Below, in pieces: positions 45,439 to 54,816 of a DNA stretch of 64,000 nucleotides (its first letter is position 1; each line of letters opens with the position of its first letter). This stretch comes from a virus. Lineage: Duplodnaviria; Caudoviricetes. A program made the translations under genes and the position numbers. Location: IMG/VR virus record IMGVR_UViG_3300026094_000002; one strand, written 5' to 3'. Below the pieces are notes generated by a model, which was not told the origin of the DNA, made no database searches, and saw only the letters and a program-made list of their open reading frames with translations.

Positions 45439-45993
45439 TTATGTGATTGTCAAGTTCTCTAAATTTACTGGTTTATAATCCGTCTGTTCCACGCAAATGC
45501 AACGGTATGGCCCCGGTGGCGATGGTTCATCATGAATATGACCATGCACATTGAGTAGATGATTATCCATATAATCATGTTCCTCGCCGGGTGGACCACG
45601 TCTTAATTGTTTCTCATGCAAAGGAACATGTGATAACAGCAATCCAAAATCTCGCATCTGCTTCCACATATGAATTTTTGTGACTAATTCATTTTTAGCA
45701 AAGAACTTAACATCATCATGATTACCAACTATTAATTCTTTGGAACCATGCAACTGTTTCCACATAGGAAGAAATTCTTCTTTTGGTCCAAAGAATACAT
45801 CACCAAGATGAATAACTTTATCACCCGGATTGATATGAGAATTCCACTGATCAATAATATACTCATTCATCTGATGAATATCATCAAACCCGGGTCGAAT
45901 TAATTCTCCGGTATGATAATTTCTAAAATGAAGAATGTTTTTATGATTCAAATGTGTGTCTGCAATCAGCCATATATTTTTTTCTAAGGGCAT
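45439..45993 (-). CDS. calcineurin-like metallophosphoesterase
   Basis: ADTH, HLGD, GNHD, SHVP, HGHIH. Confidence 0.92.
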   Translation of the reverse strand: MPLEKNIWLIADTHLNHKNILHFRNYHTGELIRPGFDDIHQMNEYIIDQWNSHINPGDKVIHLGDVFFGPKEEFLPMWKQLHGSKELIVGNHDDVKFFAKNELVTKIHMWKQMRDFGLLLSHVPLHEKQLRRGPPGEEHDYMDNHLLNVHGHIHDEPSPPGPYRCICVEQTDYKPVNLENLTIT

Positions 45994-46415
45994 CGATTTA
46001 ACTCCATAAGAATCTGATTTAACATCCAGTCTTTGCGGCCAGACGCTACTTCACGCTGACCAGAATAATTCCCAACATCACCCATCCATGCGAATGGTAC
46101 TGTCGCAACAATCGCTGCCATATTACGCTGTGGCTCTGTTGGTCGCATACTCTGAATAAAGTGTATCTGTTCTTCTTTTTTTGAACAATCAACTTGATAG
46201 TGATTTAAACTATCAACACTCATTGAATATGTCGGTGCAGATGATGTGCTACATGCTGTCGTCAGTAGGCTCACAATGATAACGCATGCTCCAAATACGG
46301 TGTTTAATTGCACGAATACTCTCCTGATGTTGAGCGTTGGATTGGAATACGCCTTTAGGGCGTTCAAGTTGGCTCTCCAGCCACGGAATAATATGATGCG
46401 TATTTGCACAGTCAT
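45984..46415 (-). CDS. lipoprotein (start probably well downstream of the ORF-track start)
   Basis: Lipobox TTAC; VDCS...QIHF. Confidence 0.6.
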   Translation of the reverse strand: MTVQIRIILFRGWRANLNALKAYSNPTLNIRRVFVQLNTVFGACVIIVSLLTTACSTSSAPTYSMSVDSLNHYQVDCSKKEEQIHFIQSMRPTEPQRNMAAIVATVPFAWMGDVGNYSGQREVASGRKDWMLNQILMELNRCP

Positions 46416-46515
46416 TTGGAATGAGTGCTACATCAGTAGGTGGGCTTTGTGACGTCAATCCAGCACACCCACTTAGTGACAGTGCAAATGCACTTGTGAT
46501 TATAATCCGTTTCAT
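46249..46515 (-). CDS. lipoprotein
   Basis: Lipobox LSGC. Confidence 0.75.
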   Translation of the reverse strand: MKRIIITSAFALSLSGCAGLTSQSPPTDVALIPNDCANTHHIIPWLESQLERPKGVFQSNAQHQESIRAIKHRIWSMRYHCEPTDDSM

Positions 46516-46582
46516 AAAAAATCCGGTCTTGCTAAACTTAGATGAAGCCTAACATAGACCGGATTGCAAATCAACAATTATT

Positions 46583-46774
46583 TTAATTATTATTAACGGG
46601 GAGTGCCTTTTCTACTTCAGCAACAGTTGCACGAGCAACCTCAAAGTTTGCTGCAGTTACAGTTTCATAATATGAACGCAACCACTCTGGCTGAATGAAT
46701 CTGGACACAGAATTATAATTTTTCTCAATGTTGTTGAGAAGTTCTTGTGTTGAAAAATGTTGAATGTAACTCAT
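46583..46774 (-). CDS. hypothetical protein
   Basis: GGAG RBS. Confidence 0.65.
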   Translation of the reverse strand: MSYIQHFSTQELLNNIEKNYNSVSRFIQPEWLRSYYETVTAANFEVARATVAEVEKALPVNNN

Positions 46775-46912
46775 AATTATCTCCTTTTGGTAAGCGAGTT
46801 ATAATTGGCAAACCTATAATAGCGTTTGACAACTGATTTTATTTATCATTTTATTGTGCAGTGCAAAATAAATTTAAGATCTGAGAATTTTACTAACATC
46901 ATAAATATTAAG

Positions 46913-47188
46913 ATGAATAAAAACACTGCTGACCAAATTCGTGAAACAATCAACTTGCTTGAACAAGAAGAACAACAGTTAATCACACAACCAAACGTCA
47001 TGCTTTTAGATATTAGTTCTTATGAACTGACATCTTTAATGAAAGAGTTTCGTTCAGAGCAAGAATCATATAGTAAAGCCGGTGACAGAGCCCAAGTAAT
47101 GTTTTACGACCCCTCCGAAAAAGAAGAGTTTAAAAAATTTCTCAAGTCCAAAAACATCGGCTATGATGAAATGGGCGGTGATTCTTAG
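46913..47188 (+). CDS. late hypothetical protein
   Basis: CATAAATA box 5 nt before ATG at 46913. Confidence 0.7.
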   Translation: MNKNTADQIRETINLLEQEEQQLITQPNVMLLDISSYELTSLMKEFRSEQESYSKAGDRAQVMFYDPSEKEEFKKFLKSKNIGYDEMGGDS

Positions 47189-47364
47189 AATTCTGGCTGC
47201 AGAATAGTCCAAAGACCATACAGTACGGCAAGTGCTGCTACAATTGATGCAATAGGCTTAAGCAGAAAGAAAGATAATCCAGCAGCAATTAGCACTACTC
47301 CGTCCCATGTCGTCCTTTCTGAAAACCGTGAAGTAATCCAATTAAAAATAAAAAAGTCTTTCAT
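47185..47364 (-). CDS. 59-aa two-TM protein
   Basis: MKDFFIFNWITSRFSERTTWDGVVLIAAG...; AGGAG RBS. Confidence 0.7.
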   Translation of the reverse strand: MKDFFIFNWITSRFSERTTWDGVVLIAAGLSFFLLKPIASIVAALAVLYGLWTILQPEF

Positions 47365-47433
47365 TTGTTTCTCCTATAATAAAATTCATTGACCTAATAA
47401 TATCTATACATAAATAACCAAAAGGAGGAAATT

Positions 47434-47718
47434 ATGTTTAATTTTATTAAACGCCTGTTTGGTGGAAATACACCAACAGAATCTCAGCAAGTTGCATCAC
47501 AAAAACCTGCTGAAAAGAAACCAGCCACGCGGTCAACTACTAAAAAAACCACTACTGGTTCAACTAAGAAGGCAACTGCCACCAAAACTAATACTGCTGG
47601 TGCCAAGAAGACCGCGAGTAGTACCAGCAAGACTGGCACCAAAAAGAGTGCAACTACTGGAAGAAAAACCAGCACCACAGGTACCAAAAAGACAACTACT
47701 AAAAAGTCGAACACTTAA
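47434..47718 (+). CDS. Lys/Thr/Ala-rich basic protein (histone H1-like composition)
   Basis: Repeated (T/S)KK(T/A) units; AGGAGG RBS; late box. Confidence 0.75.
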   Translation: MFNFIKRLFGGNTPTESQQVASQKPAEKKPATRSTTKKTTTGSTKKATATKTNTAGAKKTASSTSKTGTKKSATTGRKTSTTGTKKTTTKKSNT

Positions 47719-48785
47719 AGAACCTCGACACATTCAGTTTCAGCCGGGCAATTTGTCCGGCTTTTTTGTATCCATCGGTCTAACAAATCAGCCGATGCAA
47801 GATTCTTGGCCTTGGCTTCCACTTGAATATCAGCCCATTCCCAAAATTCTAACATTTGTTCATTTTGTGCATTGTTCCACATAAAGTCGGAGTGTGCTCT
47901 CAACTTTGTCTTCTTGAATCCAGCAGATAACAGTGACTGCATATCTGGGAAAATATCGGGGTCATGTCCGTCAAGAAGATCTTCACGACACTGACTATAG
48001 TGCACTACAGGACGAGCACCCCGCCAACTTTCCAAAATATAATTTACACGATCATCATGCGGACTAAAATATTCACCTGTCTTAACCCAATGATGATGCA
48101 CATCAAAGACAATCGCAGCAACATCTCGCAATTCAATGAGGTCATCAATGCCAATTGTAAACTCATCGTTTTCTAATGTAAGGCAATTGCGAAGTTCTGG
48201 GCTCATGCGATTGATTACTTCACGCATTGCCCCCGGTCCACGGCGACCACTTACATGCACATTGATTTTGAAATCCTGAAACTCTTTTCCATAACCCATC
48301 CAACGAGCCAAGTCTGTATGGTATTCCATTTCTGCAAGACTGCTCTCTACAATCTCTGGATTATCAGAAACTAAACAGCAGAACTGTCCGGGGTGGAAAC
48401 TAAGACGAACATCTAACTTACGTGCAAGGTTGCCCACAGGAGCAAAAATTGACTCAAGGTGTTGCTGAACGCTCGGCTGCTGCCACCAGTCTTGCCAATT
48501 AGATTCTGTATATCCTTGCAACATCTCAGAGCCAAGTCGGACTTGTCGCAACTCAGGCTCTAAGGAGCCCACGCGTTCAACAAGGTTATATGCAGCACGG
48601 GCGTTAAAATTCATTAACTCCCACTGTCTTTCTACAGCATCTTCAGGGTGTTCACGAAGCCACTTCATGGTAGTTGACCTACCATTTAAGTCGCGGTTAA
48701 GGGAATTAGACTTAGCACTCATGTCGCTAAGCCACTTACAGCAAAATCCGATACGTTTATTTGTCATAGTGCTATTATATGACAA
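47715..48785 (-). CDS. uvsE: UV damage endonuclease UvsE/UvdE
   Basis: IGFCCK, RLSFHPGQF, INVH, LTLENDE, FDVHHH, HYSQ, AHSD, EAKAK. Confidence 0.92.
   Translation of the reverse strand: MSYNSTMTNKRIGFCCKWLSDMSAKSNSLNRDLNGRSTTMKWLREHPEDAVERQWELMNFNARAAYNLVERVGSLEPELRQVRLGSEMLQGYTESNWQDWWQQPSVQQHLESIFAPVGNLARKLDVRLSFHPGQFCCLVSDNPEIVESSLAEMEYHTDLARWMGYGKEFQDFKINVHVSGRRGPGAMREVINRMSPELRNCLTLENDEFTIGIDDLIELRDVAAIVFDVHHHWVKTGEYFSPHDDRVNYILESWRGARPVVHYSQCREDLLDGHDPDIFPDMQSLLSAGFKKTKLRAHSDFMWNNAQNEQMLEFWEWADIQVEAKAKNLASADLLDRWIQKSRTNCPAETECVEVL
47742..47767 (+). terminator. intrinsic terminator
   Basis: AGCCGG..CCGGCT stem followed by a T-tract. Confidence 0.7.
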
Positions 48786-48817
48786 TGTGTTCGGTTAGTC
48801 AATCTATATTGAGAAAT

Positions 48818-49357
48818 TTATGAGAGGAGAGATACTACATTTTCGGTAGTATCTTGTGTAAAGTTTTCTAACTTACTGAATCTTTCATCAAGTGGTTTAA
48901 CATGATCAAGGGCAACCCACTGAATATTTTCAGAAGTCTCTATAATGCGTCTCATACTATTAAGAAAATTATTTGCTCTATGCCGTTCATATTCTTCTAA
49001 ATTTTCAAATTCTGCTGAAAAATCAAATCCACCTAACAATACTATATCACTTACATCTTTTACAAGATGAGCAGCAACCACTTCTTCTTTTTGATCCACT
49101 TCGTCAGAAAATCCACCACCAACGAGATGAACAGATGATGGGCGATTTAAATCACTAAAAAACTTTTCTGGTATGTAAAAGTTGCACTGCTCTTGGAAGT
49201 TTCTGGTAACTAAATCAGATGCACGACGATAATCAAAACAAATTACATTATCAGTGTTAAACATTCTCCAAGTGATATCAGAACCCCATATTGGTCCTAT
49301 CTCTTTAATATCTACTTGTGTTTGATATTGCGGTGTGACAATCCAACTTATATTCAT
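48818..49357 (-). CDS. hypothetical protein
   Basis: Last gene of the overlapping run 48818-53052. Confidence 0.75.
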   Translation of the reverse strand: MNISWIVTPQYQTQVDIKEIGPIWGSDITWRMFNTDNVICFDYRRASDLVTRNFQEQCNFYIPEKFFSDLNRPSSVHLVGGGFSDEVDQKEEVVAAHLVKDVSDIVLLGGFDFSAEFENLEEYERHRANNFLNSMRRIIETSENIQWVALDHVKPLDERFSKLENFTQDTTENVVSLLS

Positions 49358-50391
49358 ACAGACTTCAGTGTTTTCCAGCGATAATCACCTAAACAAATCC
49401 ACCCAAACACATTGTCTTTGCCGGGAGCAGTATTAATAATGAAATCACCTTTTGTTCCAGACCACCCCGGAACTTGATCAGCATGTCCTATTGTATTACG
49501 ACCAACACGAAGGTTCTTTATAGTTGTATTGCCATCAGAATCAATAACTATATCACCTTGACGATTTACGCCTAATGCAATTTCATGCTTTCTATTGCTA
49601 CCAATGAATGCACGGTTGGAAGAAATTTTACCAACAGATATTGACACTTCTTCATCCCATATATTTAAAGACATGTCAGGGGTGTCAGTGTTTACGCCGA
49701 TTCGTCCATTGACTACATGTAAGGTATCAAAAATATCTGCATTGCCTGATACATCTAATGACTTTAGGGTACCAGTTTTTTCTATTTTAGTATCAGTAAT
49801 GCGGCTGGACAATTGATTTCCATCAACCAGTAACTGATCTCCAAGTCGTACATTTGAGAACTCAATTCCGCTATTTTTAGCCGTATCTAATACTTTATCT
49901 ACAGTATCAGTTACAAACCTTTCTCCTAACTGATCAAGTGTTTTGGTGGATACAGTGTCTGCTAAACTTTGCCAACTCTCATTGTCAACGTTTACGCTGC
50001 CAGTCACTGACAAATCTTTTACAGTCACAGATTCAGCATTAATACTTTCAATTGCACGTATAACTCGGGAAACCAATTCATTTTCAACAACTACTGTACC
50101 ATCTAAGACAGTAAGTTCTTTTTCAGTTTTACTTAAGTCTGTAATACCGGGAAATGTTTTCGTGAGAACATCTTGGTTAAGACTTAAACTTTCTCTAATT
50201 ACCTGTGAAACAACCTCACTGTTATCAGTAGATGACATCATCTCCCCTGTCATTCTACTAACAACTTGATTTATAATTGTCTTAAGGTGATTTTGCCATG
50301 TTGGCTGTTGTATAGTTTCAGCAACGTACCCTGATATAACCTGTTTAATTTGGTCTTCTATTGTACGTGCTAGTTGATCTTTATCAATCAT
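49354..50391 (-). CDS. fibre-like structural protein
   Basis: GRIGVNTDTP repeat; C-terminal PGWSGTKGDFIIN.AP....GWIC. Confidence 0.6.
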   Translation of the reverse strand: MIDKDQLARTIEDQIKQVISGYVAETIQQPTWQNHLKTIINQVVSRMTGEMMSSTDNSEVVSQVIRESLSLNQDVLTKTFPGITDLSKTEKELTVLDGTVVVENELVSRVIRAIESINAESVTVKDLSVTGSVNVDNESWQSLADTVSTKTLDQLGERFVTDTVDKVLDTAKNSGIEFSNVRLGDQLLVDGNQLSSRITDTKIEKTGTLKSLDVSGNADIFDTLHVVNGRIGVNTDTPDMSLNIWDEEVSISVGKISSNRAFIGSNRKHEIALGVNRQGDIVIDSDGNTTIKNLRVGRNTIGHADQVPGWSGTKGDFIINTAPGKDNVFGWICLGDYRWKTLKSV

Positions 50392-51307
50392 TTTGTCTCC
50401 ATGTATCTAATGTAACACAATGAAAACCGCCACCAAGTGTCCTGCTGTGTCTTAATTCAAGCGGAATTACATCAAAATTTTTCTTCTCTAATAATGTAAT
50501 TATCTTTTTTTGCAAATTATCAACAATGACTGTGGATGAATCTACGCTTAAACAGTTCATTCCAATCCACTTACTGGCATATGGATAACGATAAAACGCA
50601 CGTGCAGCACAATCATCTATCCATATTTTGTCCCATTCATCAAATACTGCTGGGCAATTTTCTTCAGTTACTCTTTGAGCATTTAACATTACAGTATGAT
50701 CATTTAAAGGAACAATTGTACTGTCTATATGGACACCAGAGTAAAAATTGACTACTTGAATATCTATTTCAGGAAATTGTTCTTTCAACCAATTTGCTGC
50801 GTTTCTATTCCCACTCGGGCTTTCAAGGTATAACCACGTGTCTCCCAATCTGCATATATTGGCGGCGTCTAATGTCATTCCAGAATTTCTTGGCATTTTT
50901 ACAACATCAGCAAAATCGGCAACAAAATCTAGTGCCTCTATTTCTTGATCTCTACATGGATACATCATAGCAGGATCAACAACCTTTTCTCCTGCTACGA
51001 GAAGCCTATCCCGTGGACAATAATTATACATTCCTTCACGAGTGACAAAATCCATTTCATTTGGACGAAGAACATCTACTCCAAGATCTTCTAAAACAAT
51101 ACATAGTTTTTCTAAATCTCTTTCTGTATCACGTACCACCCAATCTGGGACGGGGCCAGATGGTACTGGAGTTGCAGTCCAAGAAGTTTTTTCTGATTCT
51201 TTGGAGAAAACTGAGTCATTAGATGGCCAGTTAGCATGTAATGCAGAACCAACTACCACCTGTTTCAGTTTATCCCATTCATTATATGAATGAACATTGA
51301 TATCCAC
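50384..51307 (-). CDS. amidinotransferase (glycine/inosamine-phosphate family)
   Basis: SYNEWDKLKQVVVG, CPRD, LDAAN, HIDST, RTLGGGFHCVTLD (Asp-His-Cys triad). Confidence 0.9.
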   Translation of the reverse strand: MDINVHSYNEWDKLKQVVVGSALHANWPSNDSVFSKESEKTSWTATPVPSGPVPDWVVRDTERDLEKLCIVLEDLGVDVLRPNEMDFVTREGMYNYCPRDRLLVAGEKVVDPAMMYPCRDQEIEALDFVADFADVVKMPRNSGMTLDAANICRLGDTWLYLESPSGNRNAANWLKEQFPEIDIQVVNFYSGVHIDSTIVPLNDHTVMLNAQRVTEENCPAVFDEWDKIWIDDCAARAFYRYPYASKWIGMNCLSVDSSTVIVDNLQKKIITLLEKKNFDVIPLELRHSRTLGGGFHCVTLDTWRQND

Positions 51308-51308
51308 G

Positions 51309-51833
51309 TTAATCTACAACCCCGGTAATCTGTAATGTATAACGATCTGTGACACCAACATTCGCTGCACTATGAGGAACATCATTTTCCCATATCACAC
51401 CTTCACCTGCTCGCCACTGCAAGATGGGGTTATCATCTACATCAAAATAGTGTCCGCTTTGCCAATCATCAAGGAAAACAACTGCACGTCGAATTTTACT
51501 TGCATCTTCTATATTGTGTAATTTTCTAAACCGGACATAAAGGTCGCTATGCTTAGGTAATGCACATCCCGGAGTCATTCTGTATATTGACCAAGAAAAG
51601 TGTTTCCACGGCAGGTACTCGCGAAATCTGTTCATCCACTCCGGTTCTTCTGATCTCATATCGTACATGTCACCAGTAAATTTTGTTTGTGTATACCCAA
51701 GAGACCGCCACCAAGCCAGTGAGTCAGGATCATTAAATTGTTCATTGTAATATGCGAGCGTTTCGTGACCTTTCCACCAAACTTCTGGAAGTTTAAAACG
51801 AGACCATCTGTCTTTACTTTCTAGTATTTCCAT
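51309..51833 (-). CDS. 2OG-Fe(II) oxygenase / cupin
   Basis: HSD...HSAAN...RYTLQITG facial triad plus Arg. Confidence 0.82.
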   Translation of the reverse strand: MEILESKDRWSRFKLPEVWWKGHETLAYYNEQFNDPDSLAWWRSLGYTQTKFTGDMYDMRSEEPEWMNRFREYLPWKHFSWSIYRMTPGCALPKHSDLYVRFRKLHNIEDASKIRRAVVFLDDWQSGHYFDVDDNPILQWRAGEGVIWENDVPHSAANVGVTDRYTLQITGVVD

Positions 51834-53052
51834 AATGTATTACCTTTATATTATATTTTTCTTCAGTTGCTCGCCATGGGTCAACCACGACACTTCCGGG
51901 AGCAAATTCAAAGTATGCTTCGTCTTCTGCCTCTTCGCCAGTATAACCATAAGTTATTTTTCTGTTATGTGCTAATAATATTACAGCGGGTGAAGCAACA
52001 TCATCAACAACTTCAGTAGTGTCATCTGCCAATGGATCAACATAACAAACAGAACGGCCCAATTCTTTTACGTAATGTCCTACTAATGTTGAATAACTTC
52101 CTATACAATATGGGACATTTGGTTTATAAGATTTTCCATGAATTACAATAGGCAGATCATTATGTTCTTCACTCTGCTGCACCAAAAATTTAGCAAGATT
52201 TTCTGCTTGTCTTTCCCGGGCTGTCATAATTGTATCAAATAGATCATAGCCAAGTTCATATTCTTCTGCCAACCAGCGGAGTGCTATGTTGTCACGTGGA
52301 TGACAAGCCCCTGAATCGCCCATCCCTGCTGTCATATATTTTGGGCCCATTATACGCATTGTACTATTTGCCAATGCATCAGTAACAACATCAACATCGA
52401 TATTACCTATTTTCATAGCACAATCTTGTATCATATTCACAAGGCCAATTTTTGTTGAAATAAATGTATTATAGAAAATTTTAATTGCCTCACACTCATC
52501 CCAAGTGCCAGTGACGTATCTGGGATTGTTTTGCATAATTGGCTGATATATATCGATCAATTTTTGTACTTCAACATCATCTCCACTTTCTGTTCCAATC
52601 ATGATCATTTCAGGGTTAACCATGTCCCATTTGACACTCCCCATAGCGATAAGATATGGATTATAAAATAACCTATGCTTATCATTTAATAATTCAGCAA
52701 AATGTTTGCGTGTTGTGCCGGGCAAAACTGTTGAAATTAGCACAACTTTCTTAGAACTTTCTGCATGTGTATTGACAGAGGTCAGTGCTTCTTTCACTGC
52801 AGAATGATCAAAATCCCGTGGTTCCATATGAGAACTTGGAACACTTCCATCATAGCCCTTATCGTGTGGAGTTGGAACCGCAATAAAAATCCAGTCACTT
52901 TTATTAACTAACTCTTTTATTGATTCACAAATATTGACTGACTGACTTTGACGTGGGTAAATATCGTAACCATAAACCGTATACTGTTCAGCAAAAACTT
53001 CTGCACAGTCTAGGCCCAATTTGCCTAACCCGATAAAACCTATTGAATTCAA
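51814..53052 (-). CDS. UDP-glucose/GDP-mannose 6-dehydrogenase family
   Basis: GLGKLG, AVPTP, STVLPG, YNP, IKIFYN, GDSGACHPRD, KSYKPN. Confidence 0.92.
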   Translation of the reverse strand: MNSIGFIGLGKLGLDCAEVFAEQYTVYGYDIYPRQSQSVNICESIKELVNKSDWIFIAVPTPHDKGYDGSVPSSHMEPRDFDHSAVKEALTSVNTHAESSKKVVLISTVLPGTTRKHFAELLNDKHRLFYNPYLIAMGSVKWDMVNPEMIMIGTESGDDVEVQKLIDIYQPIMQNNPRYVTGTWDECEAIKIFYNTFISTKIGLVNMIQDCAMKIGNIDVDVVTDALANSTMRIMGPKYMTAGMGDSGACHPRDNIALRWLAEEYELGYDLFDTIMTARERQAENLAKFLVQQSEEHNDLPIVIHGKSYKPNVPYCIGSYSTLVGHYVKELGRSVCYVDPLADDTTEVVDDVASPAVILLAHNRKITYGYTGEEAEDEAYFEFAPGSVVVDPWRATEEKYNIKVIHYGNTRK

Positions 53053-53053
53053 A

Positions 53054-54430
53054 ATGACTATACCTCTTGATAACTTATATGATTATATATTCAGTTTGAC
53101 TGGGCACACAAATAAAAACCTAATCATGTACAGATTTGATCCACATGGCTCTAAAAATATAAAAAACTTGACTACGCAAAATCATATTCAGAATATTATG
53201 CTTAACTTAAAATCATCATCAAGAAGCGTCAGGAGTTGGCACCATAAAATACTAATATGTAATGACCAAGAACCATTATATTATACTTTATATGATGGAA
53301 AAACCGAAGAAAAGAAAGAATTATATCAAAATGCTGATTATATACGACATGAAAATTCTTTAGAACAAAAAATAGCAGAAAAGAAAAAAAATATAGATGG
53401 TTCTCCGGAAATAGTTTTTTCCGTGTATGACAAGAAAATTTTATTACATTCTGAAAAAGAAAGTAAAGATTTAGAAAAGTACGAAAAAAATGGATTTGTG
53501 GGTGCGTATTACTGGTCACATGCTTTTATCTCCTTAGATTGGTATCGGTTTGCTGAACATGATGAATATCTTAATTATTCCTCTTTTTCTAATTTCAGTA
53601 AGCATTTTAATATCTATTGCCGAGGATGGTCAGGAGTGAGAGAATATAGACTTAAATTTTTAAGCACAATGATTAAAAATAATATAGACAAATACGCAAA
53701 TATATTTTTCAGTGAGTATAATGACCAGTCACACTTTAGTAATAGTCTATCAAAAACAAAAGAATGGAATATTTCAATAAAAGAAAAAGAATTAATTGAT
53801 AAATCAGAATATATTACAAAAAATAATTCTGACCCTTCATTAAGTGCATCATATTCTGTAGATGACTATAAAAATTCTGCAATTGATGTAGTACTAGAAA
53901 CAGTCTTTGACCAAAATAAAATTTTTCTAACAGAAAAAATCTTGAGACCAATTGCTTGCGGGAAACCTTTTATTTTGGTTTCTGAAAAAAACGCATTACA
54001 ATATTTAAAATCATATGGATTCAAATCATTTGATGGTTTAATTGATGAAAGTTATGACACTATCACAGACCCATCAAAAAGAATGGAAAAAATAATTGAA
54101 ACAATGAAAAAAATATCTAATTTGACACAAAACGAAAAAAATGAATTGTTTTGTAAAATGCATCTGATTGCCGAAGAAAATAAAAAATGGTTTTTTTCGA
54201 ATGATTTTTTTAATTTAATAAAAACCGAATTAAAAACAAATTTGCAACACTCATTAAGTGTGTTAGATAACCCAAAGAACCAGACTGCGAAAGAATTATG
54301 GCTTGTATATCGGTCAAACAGGCTATATAAAAAATATTTGAAAAAAAATGCAAAACATAGGTCTGATCAAATTGTATCTGAATATCCAGAAAGAATAGAA
54401 TTAAGCAAGAAAAATATAGGAATATCTTAA
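53054..54430 (+). CDS. glycosyltransferase-like protein (paralog 4)
   Basis: VVLETVF...LTEKILRPIACGKPF...GFKSFDGLIDESYD; likely start MTIPL at 53054. Confidence 0.62.
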   Translation: MTIPLDNLYDYIFSLTGHTNKNLIMYRFDPHGSKNIKNLTTQNHIQNIMLNLKSSSRSVRSWHHKILICNDQEPLYYTLYDGKTEEKKELYQNADYIRHENSLEQKIAEKKKNIDGSPEIVFSVYDKKILLHSEKESKDLEKYEKNGFVGAYYWSHAFISLDWYRFAEHDEYLNYSSFSNFSKHFNIYCRGWSGVREYRLKFLSTMIKNNIDKYANIFFSEYNDQSHFSNSLSKTKEWNISIKEKELIDKSEYITKNNSDPSLSASYSVDDYKNSAIDVVLETVFDQNKIFLTEKILRPIACGKPFILVSEKNALQYLKSYGFKSFDGLIDESYDTITDPSKRMEKIIETMKKISNLTQNEKNELFCKMHLIAEENKKWFFSNDFFNLIKTELKTNLQHSLSVLDNPKNQTAKELWLVYRSNRLYKKYLKKNAKHRSDQIVSEYPERIELSKKNIGIS

Positions 54431-54786
54431 TACTTTCGTAAAATTCCATCCCATTCAGATACAATATTGCCTTTTTTATAGTCTCGGATTCGTGATTCTA
54501 ATACATCATAAAATGAATCCATTTCTCCTTTAAACTTTCCTCTAAGAGACTCTATTGCTTGCTCACAAAAATCCCAATTCTTTTTGCGATAATTGTTCAT
54601 TAATGCTTTATGCATATCAGCAGTTTGTTTAAGAACAGAAACCTCTTCTAAGGTAACATTTTCCCCACCAATGACACAATAAGCAGTTATCGGCTCTGCA
54701 TCTTCAGCATACTTTATGGTATCCAATTCTAATACCACATACTTCTCAACTATTTCTTGTGGTGGTTCACCAAATATTATTTGCAT
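54427..54786 (-). CDS. stand-alone homolog of the adenylate cyclase C-terminal region
   Basis: LELDTI...HKALMNNYRKKNWD...GEMDSFYD aligns by eye with cyclase LELDKI...HDRMLEMYRIKNFD...GAMDAYYD. Confidence 0.72.
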   Translation of the reverse strand: MQIIFGEPPQEIVEKYVVLELDTIKYAEDAEPITAYCVIGGENVTLEEVSVLKQTADMHKALMNNYRKKNWDFCEQAIESLRGKFKGEMDSFYDVLESRIRDYKKGNIVSEWDGILRKY

Positions 54787-54816
54787 AAGTTTTTCCTTTT
54801 ATTGTAAATATGTATT

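Noticed and set aside
46520-46566. 10-bp inverted repeat AATCCGGTCT/AGACCGGATT as an ncRNA
   Set aside because: Adequately explained as a terminator or operator hairpin overlapping the promoter of the lipoprotein gene.
47715-48785. uvsE, SprT, SNase, YkuK-like and the tyrosine phosphatase as novelties
   Set aside because: These families are commonly found in large phages and show no unusual architecture here.
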